Assembly: GCA_018302805.1 (NCBI GenBank)
Contig: JAGVZD010000003.1
Location: forward strand, 6,538 to 70,537
Direction: 5' to 3'
Source: Candidatus Woesearchaeota archaeon
GTDB lineage: Archaea > Nanobdellota > Nanobdellia > SCGC-AAA011-G17 > JAGVZF01
DNA length: 64,000 bases
Part shown: positions 8,705-19,290 of the stretch, piece by piece
Layout: the number at the start of each line of letters is the position of its first letter
How positions within the stretch are numbered: the first letter of the stretch is position 1
Notes under the pieces: model-generated
Databases searched by the model: none
The model's input: only the letters and a program-made list of their open reading frames with translations
Told to the model about the DNA's origin: nothing
Position numbers and translations under genes: made by a program

Positions 8705-9541
8705 ATGACAAAAGCAAAAATAGTTACACTAGATGAATACGTAAATGAACACTGGGGCTTAACTCCAGAACAGATGCAAGGAATAGATATTTGTGGATTT
8801 AACCACGGAGACCGACTACTGCCACGAGATGAAAGTAATACGAAAGAGAGAGTCATTTCCTATGGTGATGGTTCATTTGGTTATCACCCGGAGGGACTAC
8901 CCAGTCGAGGGCCAATAGTAAATTTCAGTACTATGCCTCTAGATTATTATTTAGATGCAATTTCACCATCATACTTTCGGAGGAGAGAAGAACTTATCAT
9001 TGAAAGAAGATACGCTATTAATATATTCATTTCTAAAGAACGTTTTACAGAAGATATTTTTGATGATTTTTGCGATGGTCTTAAAGAGGATCTTCCAGTT
9101 GAGATAAAAATGGATGACCCCACTAAAACAGATAATGATTTGAAGCATTATGGTAGAGGAGGTGGGGATGGTGGCGACTTTAGATTTCGTGACCTTGCTT
9201 CTTCCAAAACTTCGGAAACCAATCAACACCATATACACAAAGGCAAAATTAAGCAATATACCTCAGAATTTGGACATAGACACAGACTTGGTTGGATTTA
9301 CCCAAATCAGATTCAAGTATTGTGGGGTGGAAGCGCAGAATCAACTATTGGACTTATTAAATCAGTAGCAAAATTGATAAAAGAAAGAAGATATGAAGCG
9401 CATTTTGATCTCCCTATAGATCAACATGGACTCATGTATACGGGCTTTGGCATAACGGGAGTTTTTTACAAGCCAAAAGAAATGAGGAACAAATTTAAGA
9501 TCACAGAGCAAATCCAAAGGGAAGAATATTACAACTATTAA
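8705..9541 (+). CDS. hypothetical protein (ORFan array 6)
   Basis: 278 aa, GAGGT SD. Confidence 0.8.
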   Translation: MTKAKIVTLDEYVNEHWGLTPEQMQGIDICGFNHGDRLLPRDESNTKERVISYGDGSFGYHPEGLPSRGPIVNFSTMPLDYYLDAISPSYFRRREELIIERRYAINIFISKERFTEDIFDDFCDGLKEDLPVEIKMDDPTKTDNDLKHYGRGGGDGGDFRFRDLASSKTSETNQHHIHKGKIKQYTSEFGHRHRLGWIYPNQIQVLWGGSAESTIGLIKSVAKLIKERRYEAHFDLPIDQHGLMYTGFGITGVFYKPKEMRNKFKITEQIQREEYYNY

Positions 9542-9609
9542 GTGTTTTTGCCCATATTGATTCTTAGTCAATGCAAAATATTTAAATACATAAATACAAA
9601 ATAAAATAT

Positions 9610-11040
9610 ATGAATTATAAAGACTTAGGGTTTAAGTGTGGTATCGAAGTTCATCAACGTTTACAATCACATAAGTTATTTTGTAATTGCCCTTCAATTT
9701 TAAGAGATGATACTCCAGATATTACTATAAAAAGAAAACTAAGAGCTGTTGCAGGAGAAACTGGAAATATAGACATTGCAGCAAAACATGCTATGGAAAA
9801 ATCCCAAGAATTTATTTATGAATTCTACACAGATACCAATTGCCTCGTAGAAATTGACGACGAACCTCCACATAAATTAAACGAGGATGCATTAAACATT
9901 GCATTAGAGATTGCCTTACTTTTGAAATGTGAAATAGTTGAAGATATTAATTTTATGAGAAAAACAATAATTGATGGAAGTAATACAACAGGATTCCAGA
10001 GAACTGCCTTAGTAGCAAGAAATGGCTTTATTGAAACTTCTAGAGGGGATGTAAGAATAGAATCAATTTACCTAGAAGAGGAATCAGCAAAGAATGTAAG
10101 AGAATCTATTGATAACAGGACTTGGAGGTTAGACAGATTAGGAATTCCTTTAGTAGAAATACAAACTTATACAGATATTCTTGATGAAAAACATGCAAAA
10201 GAAACAGCTGAGAAAATTGGCATGATTTTGAGAAGCACAGATAAAGTTATGCGTGGGATAGGTAGTATTAGGCAAGATGTTAATGTTTCTATCACAGGAC
10301 ATCCGAGAGTTGAAATAAAAGGATTTCAAGATATCAGATTAATTGAAATTGTAATTAAAAAAGAAGTGGAAAGACAACTAAATTCAATAAATACAAAAAA
10401 GGATCTGCTGGGCCATGTTAGAAATGTAAAACCAGATGGATCAACTGAATTTTTAAGACCTCTTCCAGGAGCATCGAGAATGTATCCAGAAACAGATGTT
10501 CCAATTTTTCTGATTTCCAAACAAAGAATTAAATCATTAATCCTACCAGAAATTATAACAGAAAAAATCTTGAGGTTTGAAAGTCAGTATAAATTAAGTC
10601 CTGAAATTTCTTCTTTAATTGTTAAGGAGAATCCATCGCTTTTTGAAAATTTTGCTAATAAATTTAGAAATCTTGATCCTTCTCTGATTGCAAAAACAAT
10701 GACTTTAACATTAAGCGATTTAAAATCAAGATACAATTTAGAAATTTCCAAGCTGAATGATGAAGACTTGAAAGAATTATTTTCATTGGTAAATTCTAAG
10801 AAAATATATCAAAGTTTAATTAGTCAATACTTAAAAGATAAAATTGAAGGCAATAAAATAGATTTAAGTAATTATAAGGTTATGGATGATATAGAATTAG
10901 AAAAAATGATAATTGAGATAATTAAACAAAATAAAAATTCATCAATAAATGCTTTAATGGGTATAATCATGGATAAAATAAAAGGCAAAGCCAATGGCAA
11001 AAAGGTTATGGAATTGCTCAGAAAACATTATATAAATTGA
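9610..11040 (+). CDS. gatE: Glu-tRNA(Gln) amidotransferase subunit E (short form)
   Basis: GIEVHQRL, KLFC, DEPPH, DGSNTTGFQRT, LDRLGIPLVEI, RMYPETD. Confidence 0.93.
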   Translation: MNYKDLGFKCGIEVHQRLQSHKLFCNCPSILRDDTPDITIKRKLRAVAGETGNIDIAAKHAMEKSQEFIYEFYTDTNCLVEIDDEPPHKLNEDALNIALEIALLLKCEIVEDINFMRKTIIDGSNTTGFQRTALVARNGFIETSRGDVRIESIYLEEESAKNVRESIDNRTWRLDRLGIPLVEIQTYTDILDEKHAKETAEKIGMILRSTDKVMRGIGSIRQDVNVSITGHPRVEIKGFQDIRLIEIVIKKEVERQLNSINTKKDLLGHVRNVKPDGSTEFLRPLPGASRMYPETDVPIFLISKQRIKSLILPEIITEKILRFESQYKLSPEISSLIVKENPSLFENFANKFRNLDPSLIAKTMTLTLSDLKSRYNLEISKLNDEDLKELFSLVNSKKIYQSLISQYLKDKIEGNKIDLSNYKVMDDIELEKMIIEIIKQNKNSSINALMGIIMDKIKGKANGKKVMELLRKHYIN

Positions 11041-11090
11041 TGAAATATTTTCGAAAACTATTTAAAATACATAATTACTTAGAAAGCCCG

Positions 11091-12500
11091 ATGGATGATA
11101 TAGTTAGATTTGCTCTTAAACAATTAGAAAAAAGTAATGTTCAATATGCAGAAGTCAGATATGTTCATTCTACTAATAATGGTATTATTATTAAAAATCA
11201 AATTCCACAAATAGGTACATTCGAAGAAAATGAAGGAATTGGAATAAGATATTTATTGAATAATGCCATAGGATTTTTATCAATTAATCAGCTGGATAAA
11301 AATAAGATTAAAGAATTACTTGATAGAAGTGTAAGAAAAATTAATACTAATAAAAAAATCAATGAAAAAATTAGCTTAGCTTCTGATAAAACCTATATAG
11401 AAAATTATGAAGTTAAACAGAAAATAAAAATTGCAAATGTTGACTTTTCTGAAAAAACCAAGCTTCTCTTAGATGCAGAAAAAGAAATGCGATCTCAAAA
11501 TGTCAAGATTTCAGGTAGTTATATTGCCCTGGGAGATTCAGTAACAACTCAGTATTTTGAAAATACAGAAGGAACAAAAATAAAAAGTATTATCCCCAAA
11601 ATTTCATTTTGGTACCAAATTGGAATAATAGAAAATAATGAAATAATGCAAAGATATTGGCCTTGGGGTGCTTCAGGAGGCTTTGAAATAGTAAAGAATT
11701 GGGATATCCCAAATATACTTGTTGAAGAAGTTAAAACTATGTCTTTAAATCTAAAAAAAGGTGTTTCTCCTCCAAAAGGGGAAGTAGATCTAGTTGTAGC
11801 CCCACAAGTCGTAGGTATTATGTGTCATGAAAGCGTTGGGCATCCATATGAAGCCGACCGTATCTTAGGAAGAGAGGCAGCTCAAGCAGGAGAAAGTTTT
11901 GTAACAAAAGAATTGTTAAACACAAGAATTGGAAGCGATGCAGTTACTGTTACAGATGATCCAACAATTGAAAACAGCTTTGGATTCTATAAATATGATG
12001 ACGAAGGAGTCAAAGCTAGAAAAAGAATTCTCATAAAAAATGGATTAATCAATGAATTCTTGCAAAACAGAGAAACAGCTTTTAATTTCAATATTAAAAG
12101 TAATGGCAGTGCAAGGGCAACAGATTTTGATAAAGAACCATTAATTAGAATGGGAAATACCATTCTTGAAAAAGGTGATTATAAAGAAGAAGAATTATTT
12201 GAAGATATCAAAAAAGGAGTTTATATCAAAAATTTCATGGAATGGAATATAGATGATAAAAGATTTAATCAGAAATATGTAGGGGCTGATGCTTTTTTGA
12301 TAGAACATGGTAAAATCACTAATCCGGTTATAAAACCAATAATAGAAATTACAACACCAAAGTTATGGAGTTCAGTAGATGCGGCAGCAAACAATATGGA
12401 ATATCATGCTGGAAGCTGCGGAAAAGGAGAACCTATGCAAGCATGTCCTGTTTGGTTCGGTGGCCCTTCCATGCGGATAAGAAAGATAAGATTAGGTTAA
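11091..12500 (+). CDS. tldD: TldD metalloprotease
   Basis: HESVGH HExxxH, DDEGV, CGKGEP; start moved to MDDIVRF. Confidence 0.93.
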   Translation: MDDIVRFALKQLEKSNVQYAEVRYVHSTNNGIIIKNQIPQIGTFEENEGIGIRYLLNNAIGFLSINQLDKNKIKELLDRSVRKINTNKKINEKISLASDKTYIENYEVKQKIKIANVDFSEKTKLLLDAEKEMRSQNVKISGSYIALGDSVTTQYFENTEGTKIKSIIPKISFWYQIGIIENNEIMQRYWPWGASGGFEIVKNWDIPNILVEEVKTMSLNLKKGVSPPKGEVDLVVAPQVVGIMCHESVGHPYEADRILGREAAQAGESFVTKELLNTRIGSDAVTVTDDPTIENSFGFYKYDDEGVKARKRILIKNGLINEFLQNRETAFNFNIKSNGSARATDFDKEPLIRMGNTILEKGDYKEEELFEDIKKGVYIKNFMEWNIDDKRFNQKYVGADAFLIEHGKITNPVIKPIIEITTPKLWSSVDAAANNMEYHAGSCGKGEPMQACPVWFGGPSMRIRKIRLG

Positions 12501-12501
12501 A

Positions 12502-13830
12502 ATGATAGAAGAGAAAATTCCAATAAAAATTTTGAAGCAACTGAAGAATCAAGCTGATGATACTATTGTAATCTCTAGGTATACTGACTCAAATCAAATA
12601 AAATTCTCCAATAATAAAGTCAGTACAATCCAAAATTGGGTTAACAATTCAATAACAATTTTCGTTGCAAAAAATAAGAAAGTCCTTGCCACAACAATTT
12701 TAGATTTTAGCGAAGCAAGCATAAAAAAATCCTTGAATCTTATTAGTAAAAATTTAGAACTGATGCACCCAAATGGAGATTATATGGGAATAGCAGAAGG
12801 TCCCTTCAAATATAAAAAAATATCTGATTTATATGATAAAAAAATCCTTGAATTTGACTTTAGCGATAAATTAGAATCCGGAATAAACAAAGCTCTTGAA
12901 ATTGGAGCAAAAAGAAATTCAGGTATCTTAGAAACAGCAGAATCCCAACATTTACTCTTGACTTCAAATAATGTTGAAGCCGAAGAAAAATTATCGCAGG
13001 TTCATTTTTCAGTTAGATCTATGTATGATAAAGAGGCAAGTGGGCACATAACTAATAGCTCAAGGACCTTGAAAAATATATATATTGAAAAAAGTTGTGA
13101 AGAATCTGCAGAAATTGCAATTAAATCAAAAAATCCAAAACAAGGAAAAGAAGGAACTTATGATATAATTTTCAGCCCGCTTGCATTTGCGCCCTTACTA
13201 AATAGAATTGGGGATGCAACATCTTATTTTAATGTAGATGCCCGTTTATCATTCTTAATAAATAAATTAAATAAGAAAGTAAGTCAAAGCAATTTAATAT
13301 TGAGGGATGATGCAACTATTCCTAATTGCATAGGATCAAGTAATTTCGATACTGAAGGTGTCCCAACTAAGGATAATATTCTTATAGATAAAGGGATTTT
13401 AAAAACATATTTACATAATACATCAACTGCAAAAAAAGCTAATACAGAAACAACTGCCAACTCTGGAATCATTGCACCTCAACCTTGGAATTTAATTCTT
13501 GATTCTACCAACCCCTTATCTAAAGATAAGCTTTTTAATGAAGTAAAAAATGGATTATATGTTACAAATATATGGTACACTAGATTTCAAAATCAAGAAA
13601 CAGGAGAATTTTCTACTATTCCAAGAGATGGTATTTTTATCATTAAAAATGGGACTATATCAGGATCAATCAAAGGTATAAGAATTAGTGACCTGATGCC
13701 AAATATTTTATCAAATATTAAATATACTGCAACGGATTCAAAGCAAATTAGAAGCTGGGAGGCTGAAATTCCCTGCATATTGCCTCACATTCTAGTAGAA
13801 AAAGTAAATATAACTAAACCCACTGCTTAA
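12502..13830 (+). CDS. pmbA: TldE/PmbA non-catalytic partner
   Basis: FDTEG, TldD/PmbA fold features, no HExxxH, directly follows tldD. Confidence 0.9.
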   Translation: MIEEKIPIKILKQLKNQADDTIVISRYTDSNQIKFSNNKVSTIQNWVNNSITIFVAKNKKVLATTILDFSEASIKKSLNLISKNLELMHPNGDYMGIAEGPFKYKKISDLYDKKILEFDFSDKLESGINKALEIGAKRNSGILETAESQHLLLTSNNVEAEEKLSQVHFSVRSMYDKEASGHITNSSRTLKNIYIEKSCEESAEIAIKSKNPKQGKEGTYDIIFSPLAFAPLLNRIGDATSYFNVDARLSFLINKLNKKVSQSNLILRDDATIPNCIGSSNFDTEGVPTKDNILIDKGILKTYLHNTSTAKKANTETTANSGIIAPQPWNLILDSTNPLSKDKLFNEVKNGLYVTNIWYTRFQNQETGEFSTIPRDGIFIIKNGTISGSIKGIRISDLMPNILSNIKYTATDSKQIRSWEAEIPCILPHILVEKVNITKPTA

Positions 13831-14395
13831 GATTTTTTCCGTTGTACATGCTTATTTCAAGGATTATATCTTCAACTTTTTTCAGATTCCATTTTATGGA
13901 ATCATATTTTTTTCGCATCTCACCATTTCTAAAATCAAATAATAACATTTCTCCATAAATTTCATCTATTAATTCCCTTATTTTCATTACCTCATCAATT
14001 TGTTTTCTAATAGCACAATTTACTGCCATTCTTACTAATTCACCAGTAAGATCACATAATCCAAGTAAATATGGTTCAGTTTCTATTTTTAGTTCTTTTC
14101 TTGTCGGGATGACTTTTTTCTTAACAAAGTCCAAGAAGGTAACTGCTTCTACAAATTCTTGCTGCGCTACAGTAACCATTGCAGTGTCATATGAATTGCT
14201 TGATAGATTAGACATTTTCTTTTTTATTTCTTGAGAAAGTTTTTCAGCTTTGGAAATATCATTTCTATGAATTGAATAAATAATCTGTTTAGATATAGTA
14301 ATAATTTCTCTGGATTTTTGAATTGAATCTTCTCTTTCTTCTTCAAATTTCTTTAACTCTTTTCCTATCTCTTTGAACTCTTGTTTATTAATCAC
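13814..14395 (-). CDS. translin/Trax (C3PO-like) family protein
   Basis: QEFVEA and YLLGLCDLTGELVR motifs. Confidence 0.88.
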   Translation of the reverse strand: MINKQEFKEIGKELKKFEEEREDSIQKSREIITISKQIIYSIHRNDISKAEKLSQEIKKKMSNLSSNSYDTAMVTVAQQEFVEAVTFLDFVKKKVIPTRKELKIETEPYLLGLCDLTGELVRMAVNCAIRKQIDEVMKIRELIDEIYGEMLLFDFRNGEMRKKYDSIKWNLKKVEDIILEISMYNGKNLKQWV

Positions 14396-14482
14396 AAAGT
14401 TGATATAACTATTACATTTATATTATTTTCTAATACCTAATAGAAAAGAAATCCTAATAAAAATCAAAGACTTATTATAAGA

Positions 14483-15304
14483 ATGCAAAAATTCCAATTA
14501 CGGGAAATAGAAGTAAAATCAATTCTAACAAAAAGTAAACTCCCTGAGACAGATTACGTTATTAATCCTTATATTGGATGTATGCATTCATGTGTTTATT
14601 GCTATGCTGTTTTCATGAAGAGATTTACAAATCACAAAGAACCATGGGGTAGGTTTGTAGATGTTAAAATTAATTCAGTAAAAGTTCTAGAAAAAGAGAT
14701 TAAAACTGCAAAGAAAGGTGTAGTTTTATTGAGTAGTGTCACTGATGCTTATCATCCTATTGAAATAAAATATGAACTTACTAGAGAAATTCTAAAAATA
14801 TTGCTAAAATATCAATTTCCGATAAGTATTTTAACAAAATCTGACTTAGTAACTAGAGATTTGGATATCCTGACACAATTTAAAAACTGTAATGTTGGAT
14901 TTTCTTTTCTGAGCTTTGATAATAGACATAGAAAAGATTTTGAGCCAGTTGCCACTCCTCCACAAAAAAGATTAGAGGCTATGAAGAGATTAAAGGAAAA
15001 TGGAATACAAACATATGCTTTCATCGGACCAATTTTTCCTTTTCTTACAGACCTAACTGCAATGTTTAAAAAGTTTAAGGAACTAAAAACAGATTTTATA
15101 TTTTGTGAAAATTTGAACCATAAAGCCGGAACCTGGCAAGAAATTTCTAAAACTATTAAAACAAAATATCCTGAATTGTCAAAGAAATATGAGGGCATAT
15201 TTTTTGCAAATAACGAATACTGGATTGATGTTGAAAATCAAATTATTAAACTTGCAAATGAGTTTGATATAAAAACAAAAGTTTTCTTTCATCACAATAA
15301 TTAA
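14483..15304 (+). CDS. radical SAM protein (spore photoproduct lyase-like family)
   Basis: NPYIGCMHSCVYC CxxxCxxC, SSVTDAY, LTKS. Confidence 0.9.
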   Translation: MQKFQLREIEVKSILTKSKLPETDYVINPYIGCMHSCVYCYAVFMKRFTNHKEPWGRFVDVKINSVKVLEKEIKTAKKGVVLLSSVTDAYHPIEIKYELTREILKILLKYQFPISILTKSDLVTRDLDILTQFKNCNVGFSFLSFDNRHRKDFEPVATPPQKRLEAMKRLKENGIQTYAFIGPIFPFLTDLTAMFKKFKELKTDFIFCENLNHKAGTWQEISKTIKTKYPELSKKYEGIFFANNEYWIDVENQIIKLANEFDIKTKVFFHHNN

Positions 15305-15340
15305 AAAACTTTATAAATAGTAATTTCAAAAATTCTTAGC

Positions 15341-16627
15341 GTGAAAAACAAGACTGGACATTTTAAATTAAAAAAAGAGTTGAATTTGTTTAGTATGACT
15401 CTATACGGAGTTGGTATAATCCTAGGTGCAGGTATATATGCTTTAATCGGTGTTGGTGCAGGAATTGCTGGGAATATGCTTTGGTTCTCATTTATTTTAG
15501 CTGCATTCCTAGCAATATTTTCTGGATTAAGTTATGCCGAGTTATCAGGCATGTTTCCAAAAGAGGCAGCAGAATATAATTACACAAAAAAAGCATTTAA
15601 CAAAGAAACATTAAGTTTTATTGTAGGTTGGATTCTAGTTATAGCCAGTATAATTGCTGCAGCCACAGTGTCCCTTGGATTTGCCGGATACTTCTCTCAT
15701 ATTTTTGGGGGTGGAATAAAATTAATTGCGATTGGCTTAATTATAATTTTATCTTTAATCAATTACATAGGAATTAAGAGCTCAGCAAAATTCAACAATA
15801 TTGCTTCTTTAATTGAGGTATCTGGATTATTACTAGTAGTAGTTATTGGAATATTTTTCTTTAATGATATTGATGTAAATTTCTTTGAAATGCCTCCTGG
15901 TGGGATCCCCGCAATTATAACAACAGTTGCATTAATATTTTTTGCATACATTGGTTTTGAAGACATTGTAAATGTTTCAGAAGAAGTGAAAAATGCAAAG
16001 AAAGTAGTTCCTAAAGCCCTAGTGTATTCCCTTATAATATCAACTGTCTTATACATTCTGGTTTCAACAATCGCTATTGGGGTTGTAGGCTGGGAGAAAT
16101 TAGCTTCTTCCAAGGCTCCATTAACAGAAGTTGTTTCAATGAAAATTCCTCAGGCAGGTGTCCTTATGAGCATCATTGCACTGTTTGCCACTTCTAATAC
16201 AGTATTAATCTTACTTATTGTTGGTTCAAGAGTTTTATATGGGATGTCGAAACAAAAAACCCTTCCTAAATCCTTTGCAAAAATTGGAAGAACTGGAACT
16301 CCTTATATAGGAGTTATTTTAGTTGCCCTAACTACTATTATAGCAGCTTCTTTTGGTAATTTAGGATTTGTGGCTTCTTTAACAGATCTAGGAATATTTA
16401 TTGCATATTTCTTTGTTAATATGTCATTACTAAAGTTAAGATACTCTAAAACAAAATATAAAAGAACATTTAAAAGTCCAAGCATTGGAAATTTCCCAAT
16501 ATTAGCAGTTTTAGGAGCAATTACATGTGTAATTATGTTCTTCTATTTTGAATTAAAAGTTTGGCTAGTTGAAATTGGAGCTCTGTTAGTTGGATTTTTA
16601 ATCTACAAATTCTATAATAAAAAGTAA
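15341..16627 (+). CDS. APC-family amino acid permease
   Basis: GIILGAGI, YAELS, FFAYIGFE, EEVKN. Confidence 0.93.
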   Translation: MKNKTGHFKLKKELNLFSMTLYGVGIILGAGIYALIGVGAGIAGNMLWFSFILAAFLAIFSGLSYAELSGMFPKEAAEYNYTKKAFNKETLSFIVGWILVIASIIAAATVSLGFAGYFSHIFGGGIKLIAIGLIIILSLINYIGIKSSAKFNNIASLIEVSGLLLVVVIGIFFFNDIDVNFFEMPPGGIPAIITTVALIFFAYIGFEDIVNVSEEVKNAKKVVPKALVYSLIISTVLYILVSTIAIGVVGWEKLASSKAPLTEVVSMKIPQAGVLMSIIALFATSNTVLILLIVGSRVLYGMSKQKTLPKSFAKIGRTGTPYIGVILVALTTIIAASFGNLGFVASLTDLGIFIAYFFVNMSLLKLRYSKTKYKRTFKSPSIGNFPILAVLGAITCVIMFFYFELKVWLVEIGALLVGFLIYKFYNKK

Positions 16628-17242
16628 TTATTTCTTTTTTCTTTTGTATCTGCCTCTTAAAGAAACTATTCCTAGTCTCTCAACAACCATTTCATAGGTT
16701 TTAGACTTGCTGTAACCAATTAAAACTTCATTGAAAGCTAATTCTGAAATTTTAGAATGCTTACTTTCTAGAGCTTGCTTTAGTACTCGTAAATCTACTG
16801 CCTTGTTTTCAACTTTTTCACTAGTAAATCCTAAACCAAAATCAATTATGAATATTTTGTTATCCCTTAGAATAAAATTAGCAGTTGTTAAGTCACCATG
16901 AATTATATTTCCATCATGTAATTTTGCAATTTCATTTCCAATTTCATTAAATATTTTTTTAATATCTTGCTCATTCAAATTATCAACATAATCTCTAACA
17001 ATTTTTCCATTAATATATTCTAAAACTAACTTAAAATCCTTTTCATCAACTTTATTTACAGATGGAACATTAACACCTAAGCTTATAGCTTTTTGAAGTA
17101 ATTTTGCTTCAATTCTTGTAGGATATTTTCTTTTTTTAATATCAATTTCATTAATTCTATAATTTTTCTTAATTCTATGCTTAATTATTTCATTATTTTC
17201 TAAATAAATTATTGCTTCTGCTCCTTGCTTCAGAATTTTCAT
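16628..17242 (-). CDS. bud32: KEOPS complex kinase Bud32
   Basis: QGAEA, IIHGDLTTAN, IDFGL, KAVDL, RGRY C-terminus. Confidence 0.95.
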   Translation of the reverse strand: MKILKQGAEAIIYLENNEIIKHRIKKNYRINEIDIKKRKYPTRIEAKLLQKAISLGVNVPSVNKVDEKDFKLVLEYINGKIVRDYVDNLNEQDIKKIFNEIGNEIAKLHDGNIIHGDLTTANFILRDNKIFIIDFGLGFTSEKVENKAVDLRVLKQALESKHSKISELAFNEVLIGYSKSKTYEMVVERLGIVSLRGRYKRKKK

Positions 17243-17245
17243 TTT

Positions 17246-17551
17246 TTATATCTGCCCACTATGAATTCTATCTTTAGTATTTTCTACTATATTTTTCAAA
17301 ACTTCTTCACTATTTACATCGAGCATTTCACAAAGACCTAAACAATACACCATTATATCACCAACAGCATCTATAATATCTTCCTTATTATTAATATTTT
17401 TTGCATCTTTCTTATCACTTTTCTTATAGGCTTTTGCTAATTCTCCTAATTCTTCTGTCATTAATATTATTTCCTTGCCAACATCAGTAGTATTAAAATT
17501 CCTATTTACTTTATTTTGGTAAATTTCTTTTTGTAAATTTATTAATTGCAT
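17246..17551 (-). CDS. MazG-like nucleotide pyrophosphohydrolase
   Basis: EELGELA...DAVGD; start at MQLINL after GGAGG SD. Confidence 0.85.
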   Translation of the reverse strand: MQLINLQKEIYQNKVNRNFNTTDVGKEIILMTEELGELAKAYKKSDKKDAKNINNKEDIIDAVGDIMVYCLGLCEMLDVNSEEVLKNIVENTKDRIHSGQI

Positions 17552-17570
17552 TTTAACCTCCAAGGTTTAA

Positions 17571-18599
17571 TTAAATTATCAAAGATACTTCCTTTCGTTT
17601 TCCTAATAAATTTAGATATAATTTATATTCTTTTTTCTTTAAATCTAGTGCAAGTGACCATAAAGTCTTTATCTTTGGATTATTCTGGCAAACAAATGAT
17701 TTTACATTTCCCAGAATTTTAATTGTATCATCCAATTTAAAATTACTTTTTCTTTTATTTATTTTTTGTAGAGTTTCATAATATCTAAGAAAAGTACTAT
17801 GAGTAGGTATTTCATCTAAAACCAAGTCTTCCTTTGCTAGCTCAAGATCCGTATAATGATTTGTCAGAATTAAAACATCCCTATTTGGATAAACAACTTT
17901 AAATTTTTTTGAAGTATGTTCAATAACTGCCATCTCCCCATCCTTATCAGCGATAAAGAAATTTTTTGGGCAACATAATGGAACCTTTTTAAAAACTTTT
18001 ATTGCTTCATGGGTTGTTGAACAAGTTTCAGCTATAAGCTTAGTCATATGTATGCAAGACAAACCATATGTCCATTTATTATTATAAGCAAATGTTAGGC
18101 CAATAAATAAGCCTTTGTCATTAATCGCGTCATCAACATTATAGAAAGCAAATTGTGGCTTGGCGCCAGCTTCACTACCAATTCCCATATCTGATATGGC
18201 GATAAAGGAGTTTCTTTGGGGATTTGCAAATTTGTAAGCTTCAACAAAATTTTCTGCCTTTGGGATCCAATCATAGTTCCTACCTATAAATATCCCATTT
18301 TTATTTTTTACCCCAAATATTGTGCAAGCTTTATTTAATCTCAGTTTTCTTTTAAACCAAAGAATTTCCCCACAAATAGAATTATATATTAACCTTTCTT
18401 TATCAAAATTACCTCCTTGGGCCATCCCTTCAAGTTCTTCAAGTAATTCTGGATAAAACCTCTTATAAGTTCTTAATTGATTTTGATTAAGCACTTTGTC
18501 AATTTTTGCATTATTAAAGACCATACCATTTCTATAATATATTTGACCTTGTTGCTTTCCAAGTTCAAAAAAATTACCATTAAAAGTTTTAATCTTCAT
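17571..18599 (-). CDS. Ntn-hydrolase, peptidase C45 / acyltransferase family
   Basis: internal nucleophile CTIFG, GRNYD, INDKGL, TNHY. Confidence 0.85.
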   Translation of the reverse strand: MKIKTFNGNFFELGKQQGQIYYRNGMVFNNAKIDKVLNQNQLRTYKRFYPELLEELEGMAQGGNFDKERLIYNSICGEILWFKRKLRLNKACTIFGVKNKNGIFIGRNYDWIPKAENFVEAYKFANPQRNSFIAISDMGIGSEAGAKPQFAFYNVDDAINDKGLFIGLTFAYNNKWTYGLSCIHMTKLIAETCSTTHEAIKVFKKVPLCCPKNFFIADKDGEMAVIEHTSKKFKVVYPNRDVLILTNHYTDLELAKEDLVLDEIPTHSTFLRYYETLQKINKRKSNFKLDDTIKILGNVKSFVCQNNPKIKTLWSLALDLKKKEYKLYLNLLGKRKEVSLII

Positions 18600-18731
18600 A
18601 TTAAATAATTCATATCCAATCTATATAAAGTTAATGTGAAACTAAACCGCAAAGTAAATATCACCTCAAATTATAAAACAGGATTAACAGCAGATAGAAA
18701 TTATTATAAACATTATTTTTAGTTTATTATT

Positions 18732-19256
18732 ATGACAGTAATTAAGACTAAAGATTTTAAACTTCGACATGTAAAACTTTCAGATGCAAGGGTCTTTTTT
18801 GAAGCAGAACAAGACAAGGAAGCTAGACGGAATTTTATGACAACTCCTAAAAGTGTCAAAGAAGTAGAAGAAGATATAAAAAATGAGATTTCACAATATG
18901 AAAAAGAGAAACCCACATCAGAAAGGTTTACTATTGAATTAAATGGAAAATGTGCTGGATGGATTTCGATTAATCAATTAAATACCCCCTTCTTTGAGCA
19001 TAAAGCAAAAATTGACTTTTGTCTTCATCCAGAATATAGAGGTAAAGATATTATGACAAAAATTGTTAAGAAAGTTATTGATTATGCCTTTAAGAAATAT
19101 AAGTTAAAAAGACTTGAAGCGTGGACGAGGACATTCAATAGAACTGTTGCAAGATTAAATGTAAAGGCAGGTTTCAAACTTGAAGGGATATTAAGAAAAA
19201 ACAAATGCAAAAATGGAGAATATCTTGATGACATGGTTTGGGCGATTATCAGGTAA
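18732..19256 (+). CDS. GNAT acetyltransferase (RimJ/RimL-like)
   Basis: LHPEYRGK, GFKLEGILRK, GEYLDD. Confidence 0.9.
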   Translation: MTVIKTKDFKLRHVKLSDARVFFEAEQDKEARRNFMTTPKSVKEVEEDIKNEISQYEKEKPTSERFTIELNGKCAGWISINQLNTPFFEHKAKIDFCLHPEYRGKDIMTKIVKKVIDYAFKKYKLKRLEAWTRTFNRTVARLNVKAGFKLEGILRKNKCKNGEYLDDMVWAIIR

Positions 19257-19290
19257 TTTTATCTCTAATATTAAATAACAAAATTCTCAA

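Noticed and set aside
6537-9541. provirus interpretation of the ORFan array
   Set aside because: No integrase, capsid, packaging ATPase or att-like flanks recognised; not fully excluded
11091-15304. TldDE + radical SAM as a RiPP cluster
   Set aside because: No precursor peptide or YcaO; the radical SAM is the SPL-like type and is separated by an oppositely oriented translin gene
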